Origin: Mizuhopecten yessoensis
Taxonomy: Eukaryota
Length of the DNA: 64,000 nt
Direction of reading: 5' to 3'
Assembly: GCF_002113885.1 (NCBI RefSeq)
Contig: NW_018408876.1
Location: 575,806-639,805 of the forward strand
The notes under the pieces were generated by a model that did no database searches, had not been told where the DNA came from, and saw only the letters and a list, made by a program, of their open reading frames with translations. A program made the position numbers and the translations under genes. Below are positions 1-14,029 of the stretch, in pieces (the stretch's first letter is position 1; every line of letters begins with the position of its first letter).

Positions 1-1020
1 TGTCCGGTCCTCCATTTTGCTACATAATGTGGTCGCTACAGGCTCTCAGAAGCGACACAAGCGTCAACGCCTTTCAATCCTTCCTCCCCGCAGCCCACAG
101 CCCCTCCTCTCCTCCCGAGGAGGAAATATATATGTCTTTGAGTTTCTAACAGGAGACTTCTTCAGCCGAGGATTGGACTGTCATTAATCACCTCCGAGGA
201 CGGATTTCTCGCTTTCTTACCTTCAGGATAGAAGAAATGGGTGTTTTTTCTCACCTGTTTTCCTCAAAACCAATTTGATTAAAAACTATTTCACATATTT
301 GTGTTATGTTAATCAATGGTGACGTTGTATTGTTATGTAAATGTTCACACAATACAAGTACTATACGATTAGTTATTTGTAAAAATGCATTTAACTGCCA
401 AAAACAGAAACGGATTATCATTAATTACAGTAATTACAATTTACTTTGCCTATACATGACAATGCGATACGCACATGTTTAACTTCCGGTTTAGCACGCG
501 CTAATGTTTCGTGCTGGTTATTGGTTATTGCTGGTTATTGGTTATACACCTGGGTTAAGACAAGAAAAATGTCTGGATATTTCTATCCAAGGGGGAAGAA
601 TATAGTATCTTTTTACAGCCGTGACCGTTTTGCCCTCAACAAAAGGTTATAGTAAGTAAACCGCCCCATACCGAACTGCATGGTTGTCAATCACGCCCGT
701 AGTCCCTCGTTTAAACCTGAGAGGAAACACATACAGTTGATCATTGTTTCATCTGTTAAACACACAAACCGTCACGAAGGAAAGAAAATGTCTATTTAAC
801 ATGATCAGACGGCATCCGTTTGATACATAAGTAATAAATAACCTCAATTTCCTTTCTATCAAAGCTGGATACACCCATCAACCTTCTCTGTAATCCCTCG
901 CGGCATAAACCCGTGTTTATGTTGTCAATATCCCCACGAAGCGTACACATGCCGTTAACATGCGTGGTAGTGTGATCACCACATGTTGATTTTTTAAATT
1001 CTGTTTTACGTGTATAAATC

Positions 1021-1270
1021 TACGGTACAAGCTATATTTCGAAACTTTGTCCATAAGGTGGTCTCTTAATATAGACGGTTTCTTTACACAGGTTCAGTAA
1101 TCATGTAATGTGAACAAACTTGTTCGAGAGACCACCTCTATAAAGAGACCATCTGTGATAAGAGACCACTTTTAAAATTCCACATAGCAGTTATTTCCTT
1201 GTCAATAAAACCTATATTAAAAGAACGTCTATAAGGACCTCCCGGATTTTGTCTTTGAATACAGGTTTCA
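1021..1270. mobile_element. Degenerate relative of the 44.3-45.2 kb MITE
   Basis: aggtggtctctta and gagaccac motifs; agagaccacttttaaaat is the reverse complement of attttaaaagtggtctct in the 44 kb element. Confidence 0.5.
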
Positions 1271-1379
1271 GGAGTTCCGCACTAGAAAGCTTTTAACGCG
1301 ATATCTTGACATACATGTATGTGTTCTCCTACTATATGTCATTTCTGGGGCAGATTGGACAATGAAAAATACTATTCTG

Positions 1380-1524
1380 TTGGTATACAGTGGTATACAT
1401 TGGTATACATTGGTATATAGTGTTATGCAGTGGTATACATTGGTATACATTTGTATATAGTGTTATGCAGTGATATACATTTGTATACATTGGTATATAG
1501 TGTTATGCAGTGGTATACATTGGT
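1380..1524. repeat. 10-bp-based tandem repeat (TGGTATACAT variants)
   Basis: Visible 10-bp period. Confidence 0.85.
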
Positions 1525-1924
1525 TTGCCTGAATTCAAAACAGCAGTGTGAGTAATTTGTCTGACAGAAAGGCCAGTTCGCGGTCAAGGTCGTTCTGTTT
1601 CGTATATCCCTCCTTTAATAACATCAAACAAAAACACAAGTCTCTGTACGTGTTCTGCTTGTTATCGGTCCGTATGACAAACAGCTCATTATGCATTCTG
1701 TATATAGTTACATACGTTCAGCTTACGAAACAGAAATAATGATACTTACCCTCAGGGCAGTAGCCCGCGCTCTACCAACTATGCCACGGCCATGAGCATA
1801 TGATGTGGCTACATAATTATGAAACAATGGTATTAAAAATGTTATAAACTGTTCTCAACTAATAATTAGTTGATTTTAAAAGCAATTTACGTTGCAGTTG
1901 GTCAGTGCATCGTAGCGGTGCGGA

Positions 1925-2103
1925 TGTTTCGCCTTTTCGCCGTCGTGTTTCGCCTTTTCGGCGTCTTGTTTCGCGTTTTTGCCATCGTTTTTCGCGATTT
2001 CTCCGCAGTGTTTCGCGTTTTCGCGGTCTTGTTTCGCGTTTTCGCCGTCATGTTTCGTGTTTTCACCGCCTTGTTTTCGCCGTCAGGTTTTCTCGTTTCG
2101 CCT
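1925..2103. repeat. 21-bp minisatellite (GTTTCGCGTTTTCGCCGTCTT-like)
   Basis: About 8 degenerate units; explains the heptad-repeat ORFs at 1870-2361. Confidence 0.85.
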
Positions 2104-4746
2104 TTAGGTCGAGGGAGCGAAATCACGACAGCCACCATACTTATTACATTGCTATATTGCAAATTACCAAAATGCGCCAGGCCAGTAGTTGCTTCACGTA
2201 CATGTCAACACAGTAGCTGTTGTATGACTTTTTACTCTCGATTTGTACGATCTGTAAAATATTTAAAGTTTCCTTTTGGCTTCGTTACCATTGACGACGG
2301 GTGTCAAGAGTGCTATAAAAGACATTTCGAAACTAATTTAGCAACGAGAAAGAACCAGTAAGGAATAAAATCCAAAATCTTGTGATGGATGTTCATTTAT
2401 TTATTTGTTTGTTTGACTATGCCTTAGCGTCCCAAAAGTAAAATAAAATTGTACTGGGCCATACGGTGAACCATTATCGAACGCTAATGTGTACTAAGTG
2501 AGAATGAAAAGGTAGAAAAGCAGAACTGCCTTATTTCATTGTTGGCAACTAGCTCAATTTTGACCTTTCGGTGTCGGAAAACCCCCCAGACAAGTTTGCA
2601 AAATCACATATTGTTCGCTTTGTACTTCCAATTGAATCTGCGATCAATTTGGTTTTCTTCAAATGTATCCGTAACGAAATACCCAAATACGTTGGCTCCA
2701 ATGTTTCCAACAAGGCAAACACTAAAATACGAAACCAATATCTTCACTACATTGAAGACGTGTTTATTTTATTCATTATTTGATTAATAACACAATTATT
2801 TGTTTTTTAACAAATCATTTTATTAATTTGTTGATCATGTTTTGAAATTAGCTCTATAGATCTAGAGCTACTGTTAAAACACATGACAAAAGAAATCGTT
2901 TTATCATGATTGTGTTGTATTGTCTGCAAGACTACCATATACTTTCTAACGACTATTACCACAGCAATGAACTTCTTGCTACAGCTTGTTGACTTCTGCA
3001 CCCATATATATATCACATACAACGCTACTCCATAACGTGCGCTGCGCGCGCAAAAAGAAAACTATAAAGTCGCACGCGCGTGCCAGTTGATCATCTAGGA
3101 TTAACCTACTTGCATAGCAATCTCTTATCATAAAACCATTATTTGATATTGACCAAATAAACTACATTGGAATTATTATTATTTCTTTAACTGATATATC
3201 AATCATACTGGGTCTGTACCTGCTGTAGACGTTTGTGTTTTTCTACCCACATAAATTAAATGTAAAGACTCTTTTGTGCACAATCAAACATAAATGGTAA
3301 AAACAAAATCAAATTTCAAAATCAAATTTCATTAGAAATTTTAAAGTTATATGCTTTAAATATATTTAAACTCCTGTTCAAATTTCAAGTTCAAATGGAT
3401 CTTTTATTTATTTATTTTTTCACTTCAAATAACAAAATATGTAATGGAATATGAATGCTACATCAAAAAGAATGTACAGGTCACGTGATGAAGTACACAC
3501 ATTAAGTGTACGTACTAAGGTATCCAGAGAAATGAACTTTTTACTCCAGAAGTCACACTCGCATTTCTAAACACAGAAACAATATGCGGAAATGGAAATA
3601 CATGTACATGTATTACATTATTCATTTGATAATAAAAAAATGATATATAAGTTATAGCATAAGATTCCCAGTAGCGTCTTCCATGGCGTTTTTTTTTTAT
3701 TTATTTTTTATTTGTGTTTACTTTCGATTTATCATTACACCACAAATTGAAAGATATAATGTAATCCTATTAAGGTTAGATTTCTTTTTACAATTGCAAA
3801 ATGGTTACTCTGCCATTCGACTCGAGAAAGTTTAGACGGTGTATGATGTGAACGAGTGCACAAAACTTCACATTGTCATGGATAACAAAGCAATTTACCG
3901 AAAGTGACAAAGATGCATCGTCGATATTACTCTCGTCCATACTTACGCAGCATGTGGAATACATATAGATGGTACCGACAGAGGTCACCCAGTACGTCTC
4001 GTGCCGAGAGATACAGATTCCCATTAAGATATACATTTGAATCGATATTCAGCAATCAGTTCAGTGTATAAACACAACCTCTGTAGTTTGTTTTCAATAA
4101 CATAAACATGCATGCTATTTTTTTTTTTTTATATTAATTTCATCAAATTAGACTCACTACGGAAGTTTGAGGTCAGGGTACATCTAAAGCGGGAAAATTC
4201 GCTTAAATCAACCAGGAGGATGCATCCTTAACGAATTGGCCTTGATTAATTAATTTGATAGCATCTTAATGAAGCACTATACAGAAACACGGTACACGGG
4301 GGGAACATGTAAACATAATAGGCGTTTGCAGACTCACCTGTGGTTTCTTCAATTTATAGACGAACGTTTCCGGAACTCAACCGTACCGTCGGAATATCAG
4401 CTTGTGTTGGTATTCTATTTACAACTTCTGGTTTGAGTTCAATTATTTTTTGCGGGCAATTTATTTCTACGGTCAGTTTAACAATAGCAAAATGAAAAAT
4501 AAAGGCGATTTCTGAATTGAGATTTTCAAAACAGTTAAATTAAGAAATAATAAAAAAAATAATCAAATACTAACCTGTTTTTTGGCTAAACTACCAGAAC
4601 TCTCTCATACACTCTCACAAGCTGGAAAGGCATCAATTGTAACATTCTGTGTGAATTGTAGGCTTATTTTTGGGTTTTACCAGTCATTGCTGTGTTCATT
4701 TGATCAACGGACAAAATGATATTTGATACACTTTCAATTAAGAGTT

Positions 4747-4945
4747 GTCGGGTGGCACATTCGATAGCGCACTTGTCTTTCACCAAGGCGACCGGGGTCT
4801 AATTCCCTGACCGGACTTGAAAAGGTATGGGGTCACCTACCCTACCATTTGGGTTTTCTTCGAATACTCCGGTTTCCTCCCAAATAATGACTCCCCACGC
4901 GCTAACATCCGAGTGATTATTATAAGTTGAGATAATTTGTTTCAT
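4747..4945 (+). mobile_element. tRNA-headed SINE with V-domain-like core
   Basis: Decayed A/B-box head followed by gggttttcttcgaatactccggtttcctccca, resembling the V-SINE core. Confidence 0.6.
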
Positions 4946-5835
4946 TTTTTTTGTAAAATAAATAAATTTTATATTTATGTCTGTATTTTGAGGATGTACC
5001 GAAAACTAAAAAAAACAACATCAAAATTAAAATAAAGTAAGTGATTGTGTTACACAAAAGAAAGAGCAGCATCCGACATTTCAGACTTCAGTCCAAAATT
5101 ATTAAGAAAATAGACTGAGAATGAAATGATTTTGTTATTTAGCATTCGAATATCTGAATAACATGAAAGTTCTAAAATAATGGTTGGTGAGTTATAGCAC
5201 AAGAATCCCTTAGAAAGACACACACCAGACGAAATCTCTCGTCACGTTGTCATGCAGGACAAAGCTATTTGTGTGTTTAGGTTTCTGTTCGACTTACAAC
5301 GCCATATATTATATCGAAACTCAATCAAACACGCAATCTCGCGCAGACACGAGACAGTATGCAGGTTGTTGAGCGATAGACGCTTCTATAGAGTTATCAA
5401 CTCCCCTTTAAACATGTAACGGTACACTGGCTTTCGTCAAAGAATTGTTTGGTAAATCAAAAGTGTTTGATATATCGTCATGTTTAAGATACAGACACAC
5501 AAAATAACACTTGCAAGCAGGAGACTTTTAATTTCCTTCCACAAATTACATTATTTTGCCTGACAAAAGATAGACGCAATTATGAGTATAACGAAATCGC
5601 CTTCATGTGGTTATCACGTAACCTTGCGCCCAGACATTACGTCACTAAATATGCAAATGAGCGGCGTAACGTGTCTGTTGTCATATCGTGCTCATATTAA
5701 GATATTACAGAGAACTTTACTCAGTAACGTAACGAGATTAAAAGGTCATAGAATATGTCACAGGATTAAGTAATACAATTATCGGTAAAACGCAAAGTAC
5801 TGCCCTACAGGGTTCCTAATCATATTCACTTACCC

Positions 5836-6001
5836 TATGCCTATGATCACTAGGGCCTTCCAGCACTGTATAGGTTGCGGGTTCTAAATGTGGTAGTCGC
5901 TAGGTAGTTCCGCAGGTATCTCCAGGTACTCCGGCTTTCCTCCACCACCAAAACCTGGCAGCCCTTAAACGACAATAACTGTTAATAGAAACAAACCAAA
6001 C
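5836..6001 (+). mobile_element. SINE with V-domain-like core, copy 1
   Basis: ctccaggtactccggctttcctccacca core and cttaaacgac...ctgttaatag...aaacaaaccaaac tail; similar to 18925-19091. Confidence 0.65.
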
Positions 6002-6138
6002 AATCCTCGTCTACACAGAATACGGATTGTAACATTTCGTACATGTAAGCGGAGGATTTTTCTAATGGACAAATATGCTGTGTCCCAATGAGTGATTGTA
6101 AGAGGCGACTATTGTGGGGTTCCCTCGCAGAATCCGAA

Positions 6139-6164
6139 GGGGGGGGGGGGGGGGGGGGGGGGGG
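6139..6164 (+). repeat. Poly-G tract (26 nt)
   Basis: Direct inspection. Confidence 0.9.
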
Positions 6165-6254
6165 TTCATTGCATTTGTTGCTCTGTATCCTTCCTTTTCT
6201 CTCCTACCTACTGTATCAGTTTGTCGGTGTCTCCCTAGACAGCCACCCATTTGG

Positions 6255-6555
6255 TTTTGTTTCCGTGCCGGGACATACCAAAGTCCTTAAACATTGTAGA
6301 TGTTTTTCCTGCTTAACATTTAGCATTTAGGGTTATCGCAACAACTGATTTTCCCGTTTTCAGTATAATGTGACCGGACGAGATAGTGTGCTGTGTTCCT
6401 TCGGCATGGTATTTCAGTGAGGTAGCACTCTAAAGTCGGCATGTACACTAACATACCGCCTCCAGCACAGACGTATTACACACATGAAGGCGGCGCGTAC
6501 TTAAATGACGCTATGTTTTAATTGGACGTTAAACATTATAAAACCAAACAAAACT
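6255..6555 (+). mobile_element. SINE with Meta-domain-like core
   Basis: tagcatttaggg...caacaactg...cagtataatgtgaccgg...tttcagtgaggtagcactctaaagt, then a tail cttaaatgac...ggacgttaaac...aaaccaaac like that of the V-type copies. Confidence 0.55.
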
Positions 6556-8969
6556 CTCGACATCCGTCTTGATGTAATTAGTTCAGAGTCAAATTATCTT
6601 AATGAAGTGATGAGGCCTAGTTCCCATCTGCCATATATTAAAAATAAAAATTGGTATTAATAGTTTTAATTACGTTATAAGGATACCAAATCATCATATA
6701 AATACTAGAATCACAAACATATTCAAAGTTTCAATATCGTTTAAAAGATTTATTAATAATAATAAACGGAATTATGTTAAGCGCATCCACATCGTCAGCT
6801 TACGAGAAAGTCCAGAATCCAACCCCACAAACAGGTCACAGTGATATTTCCTTTTTTATTAAACAAAAACGTCAACAAAATAAAACACAAAAAAACCCCA
6901 TAAAAATAAAAGATTTTTATCACAGAACATTTGCGCAGGATAATAAAGATGGGATATGCTATCCAAGCTCATTTAACACTTTGAAAGAGCGTTTTACTGG
7001 CTCTGTTATGAAAACAAACATTTGTCAGACGAAGATGACAGGCGGCGCTTCGCTCGGACAGCGATCGTTGACGTCTTCAACAGCCTTTTGATTGAGATAA
7101 CTTAAGAATGTATGGAATGATTTGTAGCAGGATTAAGGAATTGAAAAAAAAGTGAACAACTATTTTTAAAAGCATACCTTATCTTGAAAAGTGAGTCTTG
7201 ATTTTACTGATTTTGAACCGGATGATAACTTGTTATGGCGGTATCCTGCTTGAAGCGTCGTTCAGCCTATCGCTGAAATCATCTTTGCATTGTTTGTTTT
7301 TATTTTAACTCTGTCACCACAGCTGATGTCACGATAGTGTCGTTTGACTATTCTGTTAAGGGGAGACACTTAAACGGGCAGAAAATATAATGGCGAAAAA
7401 GAGGTCATTAAAATTATCCAAAATATTCCATTTAGCTTTTTGATAAGTCGAGCGTCACACAAGAAACTCCCATTAATTCCAGATATGTGTCCATTTGACG
7501 CAATTTTGTTTCAAATTCAGCACAATATTAACATCCAAACGATTTGATGACATTCAAGTGTTAGAACTGTCTAAACATCGAAGAGCGACTGATGATAAAT
7601 ATTGATCAGTTTTTAACAAAACGGTTTAATCTTACAAGGCGGACATTTCTTTTCAATCCGAAACACATTTTCACATAATGTCCCCGAAAATCCATTGATA
7701 TAGTAAATCAGGTTTGATCTCTTCAATAGTTTTGTGCCTGCTTAGAATCTCAAGTAAAACCATTGTAAATCGGGTATTGTTGAACACATACGGCAATTGT
7801 GTATTGACTTTAAAACCGGAAAATGACCCATATTGCACTGAAAATATGCAGACTTGATAATTAACTTAGAGAGTTGGCGCTAGTTATTTCATAATTGATC
7901 AATAAACAGACAAAACTGTTTCTATATTTAAACGTTTCTATGTAAGATGGTAGTCTGTGCATTGTGATGTTGTTCGCGGACTACATGTTCTAGATATTAG
8001 TTTACGACTGCTGAAGAGGTATGTCGTCCCGAACATCAAAAGTGACCCTAACAATGAGGTTTAGTGGGAAATATACATACCATGGCCCCTTACATACGAA
8101 ACAAAATTCCTGACAAAAGGCTGAACATGTTTCTATCTGATAGACGCGATTCACAGTATCTACCTAGTCCTTAGTACTTTTCTCACAAATGCACGTGCAG
8201 CTGGATTCGCGTGCCGTCGGATCCCAGCCAACTAAGACGGTCTGTAAGCGACTGACGTCATCAGAGTACATAGTTACAGGCCGGGTCGTTCTATTAACCT
8301 GTCATTCTAAATTAAACCGACAGTCAATGTCCGGCGGTTGGAAATGATTCTGACAGGCTACCCTTGTCTTCCTGAAACACCGATACGCGGTATCTTATGT
8401 CGGCGAGGGATCGACCGGAGATAGCTATATGATGATACTTGATACAAGGCCACGGACAATGTCCATCCTACCCCTTCTTAATTAGGGATGAATTTATTAA
8501 GTACGCACTGGCTATACAATTAGAGAATTAATTAGAGATGTTAGATTTATGATATACGTTGATCTGATATTAGAGGTAAATAACAAATGGCCACCGGACT
8601 TTACTACATAACACAGTAACACCATAATTGTGACATGTCCCAGGTCAGAAAATGTTTTAAAGAGTTTTGTCTTGGAAAGGTTGTGCTCGTTATATTCAGT
8701 TAACTCATACCGCAGATACAGGAATTAGTCTCGTAAAAGACCATGCCACAATAGCCATTTGATATTTTGGTGAACTCTCGTTCTATGAATAGATTGTTAA
8801 CGGTACATTTTGTCTTACCTCCGACGTAATACACAGATATAACAAAATACTATAAGAACAAAAGAATAACACATAACAAAAAAACAAAACTTTTTTACCC
8901 ATTTATTGTAACGCATAAAGAAAGAACTTGTAATGTGATACTCAGTAAAAAAAGAAAGAAAAAAGACAA

Positions 8970-9515
8970 TGTGACGCGTTATACGAAAAAGCAAATGATG
9001 TTGTGACGTTATACACATAAGAAATGATTTTCTGACGTTATACCCGTAAGCAAAATACCTTGTGACGTTATACACATAAGCAGAGGACCTTTTGACGTTA
9101 TACACATAAGCAGAGTATCTTGTGACGTTATACACATAAGCAGCATATCTTTTGACGTTATACACATAAGTAAAAGACCTTGTGACGTTATACACGTGAG
9201 CAGAATATCTTGTGACGTTATACATACACATAAGCAGAATATCTTATTACGTTTAACACAAAAGAAAATTCCCTTGTGACGTTATACACATACCTGTAAG
9301 CAAAGAACTTGTGACGATATACATATTTGCAACATACCTTGTTACAGCATACTCATAAGCAAAATATCTTTGTAGAAAGAGACATAATGACGTTACACAC
9401 AATAAAGATACATGATGGCGTTACACACAATAAAGAGACATGATGACGTTACACACAATAAAGAGACATGATGACGTTACACAGCATAAAGAGACATGAT
9501 GACGTTACACACAAT
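8970..9515. repeat. Compound minisatellite: ~30-bp TGTGACGTTATACACATAAGCAGAATATCT followed by ~27-bp ATGATGACGTTACACACAATAAAGAGAC
   Basis: Direct inspection; both units share TGACGTTA. Confidence 0.9.
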
Positions 9516-12500
9516 CATGATGTCTCGTTTATGAATGCTCAAGTGTATGGGATGGGTGCACTGTGTTTGAATCAAACTAGCTGAATAAGGTCCAACGTGA
9601 ATCAGGTCGCATCCTCGTATACAGATACAATAATCTACACTCTGAAATTTGGCTAAAACCACTTCCTGAAAAAACGTTAAATATAAAAACTACAGCTACA
9701 AGTGTGGAACAACCTTGCACCAGATTTTTTGGTATTTCTGTTTTACCCCAAACGGTCAAAAAACAACAACCGCCATACCCATTGAGAAATGGAAATAGTT
9801 TTGAAATTGCAAATAATAGATTTTCAAGTATAAGTAATTTAACCTTCAAATATTCGCCTATGAAACGGTTTAGACCTTAACTCTAGATTTTTTATTATCG
9901 ATGAGAATATTTATACAAATAATTCTCCTGACTTAAATTAGTAGCAACTTTCAAACAACTTAGTATTCGTCAAAATAAAAACAATTTAATTAACAATTAA
10001 CTGCGTCACAAAAAAAAACAAGATATCGATTTTAACTTGGATATACGTTTTTATGGTAAATAGTATCAACCCGTAAACACAAACAAACAATATTTAGAAA
10101 TGTACACAACTTTATAAAATCCAGCAACAGATAAAATAAAAATGAATTATGTTTTGTTAATTTTTTTTAACTTTTTACTATACCAATTTGTCATTGGTGT
10201 CATTTTGTTTTGCCAAAACTTAGAACCCTTGCTTTGTTTTTGGAAAAGGCGTTAATAATGTTGTTATAACGTGTGTCCAATTATATTGCTGTAAACCGTC
10301 GTAATATGCTAGACAATGGAAATTTGCTATTTTTACAATCTTCTGCTCGAAATACATACATAATATATCATGCGTATGAAAGACAGATGACTATGTTGCG
10401 TCATTAGAACAAGACGATTGTTTGATAAATACGCTTACTTCAAAATCGCAGTCGAACGTCTTGCAACGTTCAAAATGCTTCAATGTCAAACAGCGTAGCG
10501 GTCTAACAAGATGAATGGATTTTGATTCCTTCCTCGAGAGTAACGACCGGTATATATAATGTGTAGTATATGGGCTACGGAGGTACAGGAGGATGTTCCA
10601 GTTTATTTGCCATAAACTCATTATCTGGAGCAAAAGGTCGAAAACAAGCATGTCGAAAATGTTAGATAACGTAGCATCAAAAACGGTAAGTACCCTCTAC
10701 CCAGCCCAATCTTCCCTCCCTTCTGGGAACTCGCCTCAGAAATGACCGTTAAATCATTTTTATATTGATCTGGCTGTCTTTCGGCCGGATCAGCCATTGT
10801 TTCGGCCAATGTGAATCCCGCAAACTTCATTCAATTTCGTGATACTGTCGTAATTCTTGACAATGTTTAATAGGTTTCCATGGAAACTGTATTACTTGAA
10901 AAAATAGCAGTTTTACGATCTCCAACTGGATCGCAGTAAAACACGACGCTTTGCTCAATGACGCCAGTTTTCTGAAGCAAAATTCAATTTGGTTGTCTTA
11001 CAATCTGTGACTGTTGAAATAAGTCTAAAAACGAAACGTACAACATTAAATACACATCGTAGTTTGTCTGTTTGCATATTGGAAGGAAACAAAGACAATT
11101 CATCTACTTGATGCTGTAATAGATATTTGTCTACAGTAGAAACATAACTCTCTGCTAAAGTGTCCTATCGGAAATTGAAATCGAAATTAAGAGAAAATGA
11201 TATCGAAACATGTACTTACAGGAGAAATTCCTTTTTGTCACGTGATTTTGAAACTTTTGATTAATATTTTAATAGGTTCACGTTACCTCGATTAGAAAAT
11301 GAAAGTGCCTTAAGTTGCAACAATTTTCAATAGCTCACATCGATACAAACCCATATTCACTGAAATAAAAGCCTTTAATTACTATTTTAGATTTTAATGT
11401 TTTTATGATAAAAAATGATCGAATGTATGAAAATTGTACTGAGGAAAGTACACTCCATTGGTAAAAGGCTTTGTAACGTCACCATTGAAAATTGACTGCT
11501 GTTTCCAAAAATAGTAAGACCTAGTCAATATCAAAATTCTTCACTCCACGTGACACTCCACGTACTCCACGTGACACTCCACGTGATCCTGTGTGACAAG
11601 ATGTGTCATCTAATATTGCCAAGTATTTCTTAGTTCCCGGTTTCTCGAACAAAACAAAGATTTTACCATTCCTGGTATCTCGATATAAATAGGATACCTT
11701 TATGTATTATGACATTCGCGGTTTCTCGACATGAACAAATTATATTTTGTATTGTTACAATTCTCGGTGTCGTTCTGTTATGCATTTAAGCATTCCCGAT
11801 ATCTCGCTGTGTACATATAAGTACCGTCGTGTATCGTTAAAGTTCTCGATATATCGACTTTTACAGATCTCGATGTATCATTATACCACGGACTTATATA
11901 CAATGTAGTGAATCCGTGGTTATGCATGTCATATAATTAAAATTTAAATCCATTCCTGTAAACTTTCGAGTTTCGTGGTTTTGATTCCAATTCTTGACGT
12001 AATTAGCCGAGATTTTGCAATTTGTTATTTCACACTGATTTTTACAATATATATATATATATATATAATAACGAAAAGAAACAACCAAGTTAGGGTGACG
12101 TAATTGATAGCAGTTTGGAAAAAAACAATCCTTTATCTGGAAGCTAACTTGATTCGTTACAGAATGGCCAACATGAAGTGCTGAGTCGTCGAAAACTTGA
12201 TTGTCTGTAAAGAAGTATTGATTTCCTTTTGTCATTTAAAATTCGACGCCAAATTCCAGAATAACACGAAATATGATTTAAGATACGTATTTGTTTACGA
12301 AGTTACGGTGTATATGCCAACGGTTTGACGATAGCCATCATACCACAGGCTGCAGACCTCTACGCTGGCCACAGTTCAACAATGTCTGCCAGACACTTTC
12401 CACTTATTTCCTCTGTCTTCCCTGTCCCCTCCTTCTCCACATCCCCCATTTCGACTACTCTCTCATAGTTGCCTCCCCTTTCCTCTAGAACACCTCACGT

Positions 12501-12689
12501 GACCCCTATTCCGCCTCTGTTTCCTCCTCCCCACGCCAAATTTTTATAATGCATAAAAGATAAGTTATATATACCCCTCGCCTCCCATACCACGGTAGAG
12601 TATCTTTTCTCTCCATAGCTCCCATATCCTGTCAGAGATAACTTTCCCACGCTCTCTTATATGAAATCTAAATTCCCCTTCCCACGCCC

Positions 12690-13116
12690 TTTCATGTACC
12701 TATAGATGGTCCCTAATGCCCTCTCACATTCCGTCACAGTCCCCTCATCTAGCGCCCTCTCACACCATATCTCAGCTCTCTCCCCTAGCGCTCTCTTACA
12801 CCCCTTGCAGTCCCCTCATCTAGCGCCCTCTCACACCATATCTCAGTCCCCTCCCTTAGCACTCTCTCACACCCCTCGCAGTCCCCTCATCTAGCGCCCT
12901 CTCACACCCTGTCTCAGTCCCCTCCCATAACGCCCTCTCACACTCTGTCTCAGTCCCTCCCCTTGCGCATTATCACACCCCGTCTAGGTCCCCTTCCCTA
13001 TCACCCTCTCACAGCCTGTCTCAGTCCCCTCCCCTAGCACCCTTTCACAACCTGTCTCAGTCCCCTCCCCTAGCGACCTCTCACATACTGTCACAATCCC
13101 CTCCCATAGCGCCCTA

Positions 13117-13155
<39 letters not shown>

Positions 13156-13800
13156 CACACACCCAGTTCCCTCTCCTAAAGACCTCGCATACAAGATCAC
13201 AGTTTCCTCCCTTACATATGTAGCACCCTTTCACATTCCTCACAGTCCCCTCCCCTAACGACCTCGCACACACGATCACAGTTCCCTCCCCTACAGATGT
13301 AGCGCCCCATCCCCCAGCACCCTTAGCACCCTCTCTCACCCTTCACAGTTCCCTCTTCTAGTGCCCTCTCACACCCTTTACAGTCCCCTTTCTTAGCGCC
13401 CTCTCACACCCTTCACAGTCCCCTCCCCTAGCGCCGTCTCACACCCTTCACAATCCCCTCCCATAGCGCCCTCTCACACCCTTCACAGTTACCTTCTCTA
13501 GCGCCCTCTCTCATCCTTAACAATCCCTTTCCCTAGCGCCTTCTCCCACCCTTCACAGTCCCCTCCCTTAGCGCCCTCTCACACCCTTCACAGTCCCCTC
13601 CCCTAGCGCCCTCTCACACCCTTAAAAGTCACTTTCCCTAGCGCCCTCTCACACCTTTCACAGTCACCTTCCCTAGCGCCCTCTCACACCTTTCATAGTC
13701 CCCTCCTCTAACGCCCTCTCACACATTTCACAGTTTCCTCCCCTCGTGCCCTCCCACACCCCATTATAATTCCCACTCACTGCGCCCTCTTTCACCCAAT
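12690..13800. repeat. 35-bp C-rich minisatellite A (CACCCTTCACAGTCCCCTCCCCTAGCGCCCTCTCA) with an embedded (CA)n
   Basis: Degenerate 35-36 bp units; (CA)n at about 13118-13162. Confidence 0.9.
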
Positions 13801-14029
13801 CAGAGTTTCTCCTCAGTGTGCTTTTTCGGAATCCGTTAGACTTTCCGTCTTTGCACACTCCTACGCCCCGTAACCTACAATTACCCCTTCAGAAGTTCCT
13901 CCCATTACGCCCCCCAATTGGAGTTCCTACCCCTGCGCCCTTTTACACACCATTAGTTTTCCCCATGCGACTACACACACTTCGTTTAAGAACTCCATCC
14001 ACCTGCACCCCATATTCCCTGTCAGTGAT

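Noticed and set aside
1870-2361. 163-aa hydrophobic ORF and overlapping ORFs
   Set aside because: Product of a 21-bp minisatellite open in several frames.
10602-10685. Possible GPCR TM5/ICL3 exon (ttccag|FICHKLIIWSKRSKTSMSKMLDNVASKT|gtaagt)
   Set aside because: Splice-like ends and phase 0 fit, but the acceptor lacks a pyrimidine tract and the peptide lacks the basic residues expected just before TM6; unsupported without transcripts.
10391-10830. Minus-strand ORFs with faint FLYWCH/MULE-like wording (SQKGGK..GRGY)
   Set aside because: Too short, and the conserved W/C/H residues are missing.
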